From: Candidatus Pacearchaeota archaeon
GTDB lineage: Archaea; Nanobdellota; Nanobdellia; Pacearchaeales; GW2011-AR1
Reading direction: 5' to 3'
Length of the DNA: 58,708 nt
NCBI GenBank assembly: GCA_018304145.1
Contig: JAGVWU010000006.1
Span: 1 to 58,708 of the forward strand
How positions within the stretch are numbered: the first letter of the stretch is position 1; each line of letters opens with the position of its first letter. A program made the position numbers and the translations under genes. The notes under the pieces are model-generated. The model was not told the DNA's origin, ran no database searches, and worked only from the letters and a program-made list of their open reading frames with translations. Shown here piece after piece: positions 1 through 8,396 of the stretch.

Positions 1-315
1 TTTTACAACCTGATTAACACTCCACCTTATCTTTTTATTATTTAACTTTACCATTAATTCCCTAGAATTCTCTAGGCGAACTAATTTTCGGATACTACAT
101 GTAAAAAAGATAACCAATAATTTTAAAAACCCTGTTTCAATAGTAATAATATAATGAAAGCTAAAATTTGGGGGTTTCCCCATCACGCGAATTAAGAACA
201 ATAATTCTAGCTTGGCTTTTAATTCTGGAACATTAATTAACAACAAGTTTTTTAACCCTTCAAATTTAAATAAACAGCAGAATTTATCAAATAAATTCTG
301 TGGCTTAGAAATTCT

Positions 316-323
316 TTTTAAAA
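316..323 (+). promoter_or_regulatory. TATA-like box (TTTTAAAA) upstream of tRNA-His
   Basis: Box centre is about 27 nt upstream of tRNA position 347. It lies in the loop of a perfect 12-bp inverted repeat (ttagaaattctt 305-316 / aagaatttctaa 325-336). Confidence 0.4.
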
Positions 324-346
324 GAAGAATTTCTAAATTAAAGTAT

Positions 347-418
347 GGCGGATGTAGCTCAGTGGTAGAGTACCCGACTGTGGCTCGGGTTACCTGGGTT
401 CGATTCCCAGCTTCCGCT
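347..418 (+). tRNA. tRNA-His (anticodon GUG) with encoded G-1
   Basis: Cloverleaf folded by hand. Acceptor GCGGATG/CTTCCGC (one U-U), D stem GCTC/GAGT, anticodon stem CCCGA/TCGGG. Loop CTGTGGC gives anticodon GTG. T arm CTGGG-TTCGATT-CCCAG. Extra G at 347. Confidence 0.85.
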
Positions 419-484
419 TTTAAAATGAAGTCGAATGGAAAAAATAATTCTCGGAGGGTTGTGGTAAGATGACAGACAAAAGTC

Positions 485-1366
485 TTGATTGTATTCATAA
501 TTCCAAAAAATTCAGGGTTAAAATGTAAAGCAGAAGAAATTGTTAAAGAATACAAATATGAAAAATTAGTTGAAGTAAGAGGAGAAGATGTGCCCTTAGT
601 TGTAAAGAGATTGATTGATAGAAATAAAAATGTAATCGGAATCACTGGGGAAGACTTATTTAAAGAATTTCTTTTGAACAATAAGAATTCTAATATTAAA
701 ATAATTGAAAGAATAAAATGGGATGATAATAATTATTTATTTAAAAAACCAGTTTTGTGTCTTCTTGGCCAAAAAAATAAAGAATTAGTTGATTTACCTA
801 AAGAAATAAAAATCTGCATAAACTCAAAATACAAAGAACTTGCAAAAAAATTATGTACAAATCTGCTTGAAAATAAAGGTTATATAATTGAAAAAATTTA
901 TGCTTCTGGTACTACTGAAGAATTTTTTATTAACAGCATAGTTGATTTAGTTATTGATGTTGTTTGTACTGGAAAGTCGGCAGAAAAGTATGATTTAAAA
1001 ATATACGATAAATTATTTGAATCAGATATTGTTGTTGTTGGCAATGAGAATAAGTTTGAATTAGAAGATTTATATAAGATAATATGCCAAAAAATAAAAT
1101 CTGAAGAAAAAAATTCATATACTCTAGAATTAGCTAATGATATAAATTTATTAAAACGTAAAATAATAGAAGAAACAGGAGAGGTTGTAACTGCTGACTC
1201 GAAGGAAAATTTGATATGGGAATTTTCTGATTTATTTTATTTTCTCTTAGTGTTTATGGCAATAAATAACATAACTCCAAATGAGATAAATGAAGAAAAT
1301 GAGAGAAGAAATAAAGAAACCTTAATAAATCAAGATAATTTAAATAAATTGAAAGAGAATAAATAA
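485..1366 (+). CDS. ATP phosphoribosyltransferase (short-form HisG) fused to phosphoribosyl-ATP pyrophosphohydrolase (HisE-like)
   Basis: TTG start, no in-frame ATG nearby. Residues 1-195 match short HisG by eye (IIPK, VRGEDVP, GITGEDL, DLVIDVVCTGKS). Residues about 200-290 carry HisE/MazG-like signatures (NSYTLEL, KIIEETGEV, EFSDLFYFLLV). The stop is 1 nt before the next ATG. Confidence 0.7.
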   Translation: MIVFIIPKNSGLKCKAEEIVKEYKYEKLVEVRGEDVPLVVKRLIDRNKNVIGITGEDLFKEFLLNNKNSNIKIIERIKWDDNNYLFKKPVLCLLGQKNKELVDLPKEIKICINSKYKELAKKLCTNLLENKGYIIEKIYASGTTEEFFINSIVDLVIDVVCTGKSAEKYDLKIYDKLFESDIVVVGNENKFELEDLYKIICQKIKSEEKNSYTLELANDINLLKRKIIEETGEVVTADSKENLIWEFSDLFYFLLVFMAINNITPNEINEENERRNKETLINQDNLNKLKENK

Positions 1367-1367
1367 T

Positions 1368-2537
1368 ATGAATATTGAAACAGTCAAGGGGTTCAAGGAT
1401 TTTACAGGAGAGGAAGCTGAAAAGCGAGAAGAAATTCGTAGAATTATTATTGAAAATTTTGAATTATATGGATTTCAGCCAGCAGAAGCTCCTATAATCG
1501 AATATAAAGAATTTGTAGAGGGTGATAATTCAAATGACAAGGCAGTGTCAAGTATTTTTAAATTACAAGATAGAGGAAAAAGAGATCTTGCCCTAAGATA
1601 CGAATTCACTTTTCAGCTAAAAAGGTTGATGAGAGACAAGAAACTCCCATATAAGCGATATCAAGCAGGGCCTGTTTTTAGAGATGAGCCCATCTCTGGA
1701 AACAGATTAAGGCAGTTTACTCAATTAGATCCCGATATAATTGGCTCAACAATAAAAGATGAAGCCGAAATATTAGCAGTTGTTAAACGAATTTTAGAGG
1801 AATTAAATATCAAGTTTACTATTTTTATTAATAACAGGAAACTTCTTAATGAAATTTTAGAGAAAAATAATATTGAAAATAATAATTGGGAAAATGTAAT
1901 AAGAGAAATTGATAAATTAGATAAATTGGATGAAAACGAAGTTAAGGAAAATCTGAAGAAATTTAATGCAGAAAATCTATTATCAGTTTTTAAAAAATCT
2001 GAATCTTATTTTGAAAAATATGAAAATTATTCGGAGGTTAAAGAATTGAAAAAATACTGCAAACTTTATAATGTTAATGTAAAATTTGTTCCTTCTCTTG
2101 CAAGAGGTTTATCATATTATAATGGAAGTGTTTTTGAAATAAAATCTGAAATAAAAGAAACTATTACAGCAGGAGGAAGTTATATGTTTAATGGGGTGCA
2201 ATGTACAGGAATATCTTTTGGACTTGAAAGGCTTTCAATATTAACAAAAATAAAATTGAAGAAGAATAAAATTTTGATAATTTCAATTAGTCAGGATAAA
2301 AAAGCAATAGAAATTTCTGAAAAGCTTAGAAAGGGAAAAATTCCATGCATTATATTTTATAATAAGATAAGCAAAGCCCTTGATTTTGCAAATTCCTATC
2401 AAATTCCTTTTGTAGTCTTTATTGGAGATGAAGAAGTTAAAAAAAAGAAATTCAAATTAAAAAATATGAATTCTGGAAAGGAGAAATTAATTGGAGAAAA
2501 GGAATTGATAAAAGAATTGGGAAAACCTGTTAATTAA
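1368..2537 (+). CDS. hisS: Histidyl-tRNA synthetase-like protein (HisRS, possibly also a HisZ-type partner of short HisG)
   Basis: VKGFKDF N-terminus, motif 2 FRDEP..NRLRQFTQLD, HisA box ARGLSYYNG, motif 3 GISFGLERL, and a C-terminal anticodon-binding-type domain. The HisB box reads AGGSYM instead of GGGRYD. Confidence 0.8.
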   Translation: MNIETVKGFKDFTGEEAEKREEIRRIIIENFELYGFQPAEAPIIEYKEFVEGDNSNDKAVSSIFKLQDRGKRDLALRYEFTFQLKRLMRDKKLPYKRYQAGPVFRDEPISGNRLRQFTQLDPDIIGSTIKDEAEILAVVKRILEELNIKFTIFINNRKLLNEILEKNNIENNNWENVIREIDKLDKLDENEVKENLKKFNAENLLSVFKKSESYFEKYENYSEVKELKKYCKLYNVNVKFVPSLARGLSYYNGSVFEIKSEIKETITAGGSYMFNGVQCTGISFGLERLSILTKIKLKKNKILIISISQDKKAIEISEKLRKGKIPCIIFYNKISKALDFANSYQIPFVVFIGDEEVKKKKFKLKNMNSGKEKLIGEKELIKELGKPVN

Positions 2538-2653
2538 CACATAAAAAATGCTCTTTGCGTACGCTATGGACTTTAGCCCATAAAAAGCAAAGGCATTTTT
2601 TGGGTGATCAAGAACCAGACACGCCATGTGGCTTTAGCCCATGGTTCTTGACA
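2534..2653 (+). repeat. Dispersed structured repeat, family A, copy 1 (two hairpin modules with CTTTAG-capped inner hairpins)
   Basis: About 94 percent identical over about 97 nt to 39503-39599, and again at its 3' end to 39656-39677. Module 1: aaaaaatgctctttgc / gcaaaggcatttttt. Module 2: tcaagaacca / tggttcttga enclosing ggctttagccc. Confidence 0.85.
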
Positions 2654-2691
2654 ACAGCAAAGCTTAAAAAACAGAGATTGTAAAGATTCTA

Positions 2692-3012
2692 ATGTCAAAA
2701 ACAATACCAACTTTAAAAGAATATTATGATAAGGTATCTTGTGATTTAAGACCCAATCAGGCACAAAGATTATTATCAAACATTGAGGAGCTTGTCAGAG
2801 GAGCTGTATTAGACCCTTCTGAAGAAATAAGAGCTGGATTGATTAAAACTTTAGGAGAAGTTTTTCCAGATATTCTTCTAGCAGGTTTTGCAGCAGATAG
2901 TCAACTATATTTGACTTTTGGATATGAAGGAAATAGGGGAGTATTTCTTATTTGCGATATGCCTAAGGAATATGCCGGAGGTAAAAGCAAACCTCATAGA
3001 TTCAACATATAG
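2692..3012 (+). CDS. Hypothetical protein (106 aa)
   Basis: Clean ORF with an ordinary amino-acid composition, less K/N/I-rich than neighbours. No recognisable motif. Confidence 0.5.
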   Translation: MSKTIPTLKEYYDKVSCDLRPNQAQRLLSNIEELVRGAVLDPSEEIRAGLIKTLGEVFPDILLAGFAADSQLYLTFGYEGNRGVFLICDMPKEYAGGKSKPHRFNI

Positions 3013-3022
3013 AAATATGGAA

Positions 3023-3715
3023 TTATTTTTTAACTTTTATAATCAGGTTCTTTTTAGAGAATCTGTCATTGTTCTCTTCTTTTTCATAAATCTCTAAAAT
3101 TTTAAAACCTGTTTTTTTCAATAAATCAATTAATTCATCTTTTGAATAAAGATAATAATATCGCATATGCTCTTTTCCATCTTTTTTCCAGCTCATATAA
3201 ATATCCCCTTTTAGTCCTTTGAATCTTTCATCTTTTGAATTCCAGACACTAATCAATGCTTCTGCATCTTTCTTTAAAACTCTGTAAAACTCCTTTAAAG
3301 AATTTTCTCTTTGTTTTTTTGTTTCTAGGCAATGTAAAGTTGCAATAAACAAACCATAATCAAACATTTCATCTTTGAAAATATTTTTATCCAATTTATC
3401 AGCTTCTGATTTAGAGAATTTTGCATTAACTCCTTTTTCTTTGGTTATTTTTTCAGCTGCTTTTAATTGTTCAGATGAAAAATCAACCCCATAATACTTA
3501 AGACTATTATTTTTAATCATATTTCTTCCGCATCCACAACCAAAATCAATGACAAGCCCTTTTTTCCCTTCCAAAAACTCCTTAACTTTGAAAAAAGGCT
3601 CTTTTTTGTAATTAACCCATAGTTCACTTATAGAATCCCAAATTTCTTCTTGATTTGGCTGTTCATTATTTTTCAGGTATTCTGATTTTGATATGATTTT
3701 TATAGGTGTTGTCAT
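3023..3715 (-). CDS. Class I SAM-dependent methyltransferase
   Basis: Motif I VIDFGCGCGRN followed by YYGVDFS (motif II-like). Typical Methyltransf_11/25 layout. TATA box 26 nt upstream of the ATG. Confidence 0.8.
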   Translation of the reverse strand: MTTPIKIISKSEYLKNNEQPNQEEIWDSISELWVNYKKEPFFKVKEFLEGKKGLVIDFGCGCGRNMIKNNSLKYYGVDFSSEQLKAAEKITKEKGVNAKFSKSEADKLDKNIFKDEMFDYGLFIATLHCLETKKQRENSLKEFYRVLKKDAEALISVWNSKDERFKGLKGDIYMSWKKDGKEHMRYYYLYSKDELIDLLKKTGFKILEIYEKEENNDRFSKKNLIIKVKK

Positions 3716-3737
3716 GTTTGTTTAAAGAATATAAATA

Positions 3738-3745
3738 TTTATAAA
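3738..3745. promoter_or_regulatory. Shared palindromic TATA box (TTTATAAA) for divergent genes starting at 3715 (-) and 3767 (+)
   Basis: Box centre is 26.5 nt from the minus-strand ATG and 25.5 nt from the plus-strand ATG. Only 51 nt separate the two start codons. Confidence 0.55.
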
Positions 3746-3766
3746 CCTTTAAGATAAAAAATAATT

Positions 3767-3979
3767 ATGCCACTTTATGATATGCATTGTCCAAAATGTC
3801 TAGAAAATAAGGGAGAAGAATTATTTAGAACTTTCGCTGAATATGATGATGTAACAAGAAGACCTTCATGTGAAGAATGCGGAGATCATTTACAAAGAAA
3901 ATCTGTCCAAGGATCTCATAAAAAAGGAGTTGTACAACCCTTTGTATCACAGTTTTATATTTTAGGAAGAGGACAATAA
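3767..3979 (+). CDS. Small zinc-ribbon protein (CPKC...CEEC)
   Basis: Two CxxC pairs (CPKC, CEECG). ATG is 25.5 nt from the TATA centre. Confidence 0.55.
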   Translation: MPLYDMHCPKCLENKGEELFRTFAEYDDVTRRPSCEECGDHLQRKSVQGSHKKGVVQPFVSQFYILGRGQ

Positions 3980-4183
3980 TCTTCTGGTAATGTTCTATTA
4001 TTAATGCAATAATTGAGAAGTTATGTTGTAAGATGAACATTTAAGATAAAATGTCTTTCCCACTCACTTTTACCAACCCATATATTATATCATTTAATTA
4101 TTAATAAAACAATTATAAGTAAGGAGAGTATGATTATAGAAGCAATCGTTAAAATAAACCAGGACCACTCTAATTTTTAAGAA

Positions 4184-4786
4184 TTAAAAATTAGGCCTTC
4201 TTTTATAAACAGAATAAGTTAAAACTCCCAAGTCCTGCCTGTGAGAATATCCATCTTTGATTATATTCAAACCTACTTTACATTGTTTCATAGTATCATT
4301 CTTTTTTGTAAAATCGTAAAAAGACAAGCCTATTTTTCCATTTTGAGTTTCTATTGGATTAAATCCTGGAAGAGAAAGCAAATTTTTTACCATTACACTT
4401 CTTTTAGATGAATTTAATAACAATATAAGAAGATTTCTTATATCAGGATGATTAATTGATCTTAAAACATCTGCTGTTAAATCAACATAGCTGTCAAAGT
4501 AAACTTCTGCTGTATAAGCATCAATACCTTTTTTATAAACAACATCTTCAACAGAAAGAACATCTTCTGAAGATTCTCTTAAAGTTTTAATAACTTCTTC
4601 TGATAGTTCAGGGTTATCAATTAATTTTTTAAATAGAAATTTTCTTACTGAAATTTTTTCAGGATGCCTTTTTATAAAATTTCCTAATATTATTTTAGGA
4701 AGATGAATTTTTTCAAAGCTTTGTATATATATTAGATTGTAGTTGTTCATTTCTCCCCTTCTTTCGTTTTGATTCTTAATTTTCAT
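4184..4786 (-). CDS. Hypothetical protein (200 aa)
   Basis: Long ORF. TTTATAAA lies 26.5 nt upstream of ATG 4786. Confidence 0.55.
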   Translation of the reverse strand: MKIKNQNERRGEMNNYNLIYIQSFEKIHLPKIILGNFIKRHPEKISVRKFLFKKLIDNPELSEEVIKTLRESSEDVLSVEDVVYKKGIDAYTAEVYFDSYVDLTADVLRSINHPDIRNLLILLLNSSKRSVMVKNLLSLPGFNPIETQNGKIGLSFYDFTKKNDTMKQCKVGLNIIKDGYSHRQDLGVLTYSVYKRRPNF

Positions 4787-4808
4787 TGCAAACTAACAAT
4801 TAAAAGTA

Positions 4809-4816
4809 TTTATAAA
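4809..4816 (-). promoter_or_regulatory. TATA box (TTTATAAA) for ORF 4184..4786
   Basis: Box centre is 26.5 nt from the ATG. Confidence 0.5.
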
Positions 4817-4962
4817 TATGATTATTGAGTAGAATATATTATATAATGAATTAATTAGATTAAATAATGCTCAAAAAATGAAACTTCCCCTTAAAAACGA
4901 AATAAGAAAACAACGAAAATTTGATAAAATTTTCGAGCTTTCTAACTTTTATACTATTAAAA

Positions 4963-6429
4963 ATGAAAATACCAAACAAAGACGAAGTTAGAAAACCAAG
5001 CAAGACTCTTGCAGGAGTCACTCCTATTGCAGTCATGGCTAAGCCAAAAAAATGCAGACATGGTGTTTGCCTCTATTGTCCATCTTTAAATGTTCCGCAA
5101 TCTTATACTCCAAAATCACCTCCTGTGCTTCGTGCTGAAAGATTAAAATATAATCCTTATGAACAAATAAATTCAAGATTAAAAGCCTTTAAGTTAATGA
5201 ATCATCCGACTGATAAAATAGAGCTTATTGTTATGGGTGGAAACTTCCTGGAATATCCTTTGAATTACCAGTATAATTTTATTAAAAGATGCTATGATGC
5301 ATTGAATCAAAAAAAATCCAAAAATTTAAGCGAAGCTAAAAAACTAAATGAAACAACTAAACACAGATGTGTTGCATTGTGCATTGAAACAAGGCCAGAT
5401 ACAATAAATGACACTAAAAATTTTTCAAAGAAAAATTTTGGTGCCCCCGAAAATAAAATTTTCGAAGGAAAAGAAATACAAAAAATATTGAATTTTGGAT
5501 GCACGAGGGTTGAATTAGGAGTTCAATGCCTTGATGATAAAATTTATAAAAAAATTAACAGGGGGCATGGAGTCAAAGAAGTAATTAAAGCAACAAAAAC
5601 ATTAAAAAATTATGGATTTAAAGTGGGTTATCATATTATGCTGGGATTGCCCTATTCTAATCCTATCAAAGATTTAAAAATGTTCAAAGAACTTTTTAAA
5701 AACCCTAATTTCAAGCCTGATCAGTTGAAAATTTATCCATGCCAGGTTATTAAGGGAGCTGAATTGGAAAAATTATACAGAAAAGGAAAATACAAGCCTT
5801 ATTCCAAAGAGCAGGTAGAGGATTTGATAATAAAAATGATGAAGATAATTCCAAATTACTGCAGAGTAATGAGAATAATGAGAGAAATTCCTCCAGATTA
5901 TCTTACAGCGGGAATTTTAAGAATTGATTTAAGAAAAGACATAGATGAAAAATTAAAATTTTCAAAAACAAAAATAAAGGAAATAAGATTCAGGGAGATT
6001 GGATTTGAATTAAGAGATAACACAAACTCTTTTGGAAAAATGCTTTATCCAAAAACTAAAAAAATAAATAGTGAGTTAAAATTAAAAATAACAAAATATA
6101 AAGCGAGCCAAGGAGATGAATATTTCCTGGAAATGGTGAATAAGAATAATATCTTGTTTGGATTATGCAGACTAAGAATTTTTGATAATAAATCTTTTCT
6201 CAGGGAACTTCATGTTTATGGGCCTTCTTTGTCATTAAAACAAAAATCAAAGAATGCTTTTCAGCATAGAGGACTTGGGAAACAGCTTATGAAAAAAGCT
6301 GAAGAAATAGTTATAGAGAATAAAATTCCTGAACTAAAAGTTATTTCAGGAGTTGGAGTAAGAAAATACTATGAAAAATTAGGATATAAATTGGATAAGA
6401 ATAATGTGTATATGGTTAAGAGGTTATAA
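4963..6429 (+). CDS. elp3: Elp3-type radical SAM / GNAT tRNA uridine-34 modification enzyme
   Basis: KKCRHGVCLYCP radical-SAM cluster, ETRPD...GCTRVELGVQ, and a C-terminal GNAT (HRGLGKQLM). The first ATG is at 4963; the ORF track begins at a TTG at 4921. Confidence 0.85.
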   Translation: MKIPNKDEVRKPSKTLAGVTPIAVMAKPKKCRHGVCLYCPSLNVPQSYTPKSPPVLRAERLKYNPYEQINSRLKAFKLMNHPTDKIELIVMGGNFLEYPLNYQYNFIKRCYDALNQKKSKNLSEAKKLNETTKHRCVALCIETRPDTINDTKNFSKKNFGAPENKIFEGKEIQKILNFGCTRVELGVQCLDDKIYKKINRGHGVKEVIKATKTLKNYGFKVGYHIMLGLPYSNPIKDLKMFKELFKNPNFKPDQLKIYPCQVIKGAELEKLYRKGKYKPYSKEQVEDLIIKMMKIIPNYCRVMRIMREIPPDYLTAGILRIDLRKDIDEKLKFSKTKIKEIRFREIGFELRDNTNSFGKMLYPKTKKINSELKLKITKYKASQGDEYFLEMVNKNNILFGLCRLRIFDNKSFLRELHVYGPSLSLKQKSKNAFQHRGLGKQLMKKAEEIVIENKIPELKVISGVGVRKYYEKLGYKLDKNNVYMVKRL

Positions 6430-6570
6430 TAAAATTAGGTTAATTTCCGTAGTAAAAATTAGAAACATAATTATTATTTAAGTGATAATTTCACCAGTGA
6501 TTTTTTTATCATAATTTTTCCCTTATTTATAACTCTTTGTATTAAAAAAAATAAAAATAAAAAATTAAAT

Positions 6571-6996
6571 TTAAATTGCTTCTGTTGTGATTAATTTTTC
6601 AGGCCCTAAATCACATTGTGTTCCACTAATAATTGGAGCTAATTGAAGTTTGTCTCCAGCGTTCCAGGTTACCACATCATTATAGAAAGTTGTTGTATTA
6701 AGTTCTCCCCCAATTAAAACTTTTTTCCCAGTATCTGCACTATTGACAAAAACTCTTGCTGTAAAACTAGCAACATCAGGAACTCCTGTATTTCTTCTTA
6801 TTTGTATTGCTCCGGTTGTATTTGCTTTTAATATAACATAATTCATACCAATACAGCTTGTTTGGCCTTTTGCTTGTTCTCCTCCTCTGCTGACTGAACT
6901 CTGGACAACCTGCCAGACAATAACAATTGCGGCAAGAACCAATAGGATAATCAGGACTGTTGTTATAATTTCACCTTGTGCTTTTTTTAAACTCAT
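6571..6996 (-). CDS. Type IV pilin-like / archaellin-like protein with class III signal peptide
   Basis: MSLKKAQGEIITTVLIILLVLAAIVIV N-terminus. AGGAGG Shine-Dalgarno 7 nt upstream of ATG 6996; the upstream ATG at 7014 overlaps the SD. Confidence 0.6.
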   Translation of the reverse strand: MSLKKAQGEIITTVLIILLVLAAIVIVWQVVQSSVSRGGEQAKGQTSCIGMNYVILKANTTGAIQIRRNTGVPDVASFTARVFVNSADTGKKVLIGGELNTTTFYNDVVTWNAGDKLQLAPIISGTQCDLGPEKLITTEAI

Positions 6997-7060
6997 TTTA
7001 TAACCTCCTTTCATCCTTCTTTTTAAACATCAAAAATCTTTTATGGATTCTTGTGGTCAA

Positions 7061-7113
7061 AAAATTTCCTTTAGGAAATTTTAAATCATTTATTAAAATA
7101 CCGAAGGTATTTT
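7061..7113. repeat. Twin hairpin module (CC-TTTA-GG hairpin 7061-7082 plus CC-GAA-GG hairpin 7095-7113)
   Basis: aaaatttcc ttta ggaaatttt and aaaatacc gaa ggtatttt. A third hairpin atttcc tct ggaaat lies at 7125-7139. The same pair architecture recurs at 12963-12998. Confidence 0.7.
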
Positions 7114-7166
7114 GGTTTATAAAGATTTCCTCTGGAAATATTTATCCTTAAATTTTAACTGAACTT

Positions 7167-8375
7167 TTATCCTTTGTTAAACCTGTTAAGAGCTTCAAAA
7201 AAATCTTTTTCAGAAATGACCTTGTCAACTTCAGATATTCCTCTTTCTCTGACAAAGTCTACAAAAACTTCTCTTTTATATCCTCTTTTTCTCAAAGAGG
7301 CGATAGAAGGAATTCTTTCATCTTCTTCTCCTTTAAAAACTCCCTTATCTATGAGTTCATTTATTTTTCTTTTTGATAAAATCAAATCAGTAAACTTTAT
7401 TCTTCCTATAAAATGAGTTTTTGGAAATTTTTTATTAAAAATATCAAATATCATTTTTTGCCTTTTTGCATTGTCCATATGGTCTTTTCCCCTTATTATA
7501 TGGGTCATTTTAAGTTCAATGTCATCAATTGCCACAGATAAATTCATAAGAGGCCATACTTTATATTTGCTTTTTTTCAAAGGATGTTTATGAAGATTAA
7601 TCCTTGCCAATGGAAAATCTCTCATCGCAGGGTTTGGATCATCTATATCAGATTTAAATCTCAAAACAGCTTCGCCTTCTTTGTAGCCTTTCTTATCAAG
7701 CATTTTTTTCCATCTTTTTAAATTTTCTTTTTTATCTAACAATCTGCATGGACATGGCAGATTATTATTAATAAGTTCTTTAAATTTTTCATTATCGCAA
7801 ACACAGATATAAGCACTGTTTTTATCAATAAGTTTTTTACAGTATTTGTAATAAATTGGGATTCTATCAGAGGCATTAAGATATTTATATACATTTCCAA
7901 AAATCCAATCACAATCTCTTTTTATGTTTTTGTAGGCATTTTTCAAGCAAGTCTTAGGGTCTGTGTCATCGATTATTACATAAAATTTTCCACCATATTT
8001 TTCAACATAAAGAGAGTTAGGAAGATTTGAAATTATATGCCCTATATGAAGAGGACCTGAAGGTCCTGGCCTGTATCTCATTATCACCCCTGTTTTTTCA
8101 TTAACTTCTTCTAATTCAGGAAGCTCATCCCCTCTTTCAGGCCTGTGACCAATCAAATTTTTCCATAAAATAAATTCTTTTTTCTGTTCAGCCAAAGAAA
8201 TTGCATTAACTTCCCTCAGTATTGCATTAACCAGAGGCATGATATCTTTTATTCCATCTTTTGCCAGGCCATGATTGAACAATCCTGAAATAACACTTCC
8301 TGCAACTGCTTTGCCTTCATGTTCAATTGCATTTTTCAATGCATAAGCTTTTATTATTTTTTTGTCAATTGTCAT
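7167..8375 (-). CDS. gltX: Glutamyl-tRNA synthetase, archaeal/eukaryal type: catalytic core only, no anticodon-binding domain
   Basis: HIGH (GPLHIGH) and KMSKS-equivalent (ILSKRK) motifs, plus an N-terminal helical domain. The ORF stops about 65 aa after KMSKS (402 aa, versus about 550 expected from memory). Confidence 0.75.
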   Translation of the reverse strand: MTIDKKIIKAYALKNAIEHEGKAVAGSVISGLFNHGLAKDGIKDIMPLVNAILREVNAISLAEQKKEFILWKNLIGHRPERGDELPELEEVNEKTGVIMRYRPGPSGPLHIGHIISNLPNSLYVEKYGGKFYVIIDDTDPKTCLKNAYKNIKRDCDWIFGNVYKYLNASDRIPIYYKYCKKLIDKNSAYICVCDNEKFKELINNNLPCPCRLLDKKENLKRWKKMLDKKGYKEGEAVLRFKSDIDDPNPAMRDFPLARINLHKHPLKKSKYKVWPLMNLSVAIDDIELKMTHIIRGKDHMDNAKRQKMIFDIFNKKFPKTHFIGRIKFTDLILSKRKINELIDKGVFKGEEDERIPSIASLRKRGYKREVFVDFVRERGISEVDKVISEKDFFEALNRFNKG

Positions 8376-8396
8376 GTTAATTATAATATAATCTGT

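Noticed and set aside
212-472. 86-aa ORF on the plus strand
   Set aside because: It runs straight through the tRNA-His gene (347-418) and has no coding features. Treated as spurious.
2573-2779. 68-aa minus-strand ORF
   Set aside because: It overlaps repeat family A and the start of ORF 2692..3012. It is an artefact of the palindromic repeat.
3825-4040. 71-aa minus-strand ORF
   Set aside because: It is antisense to the zinc-ribbon ORF 3767..3979 and is hydrophobic low-complexity, with no promoter box.
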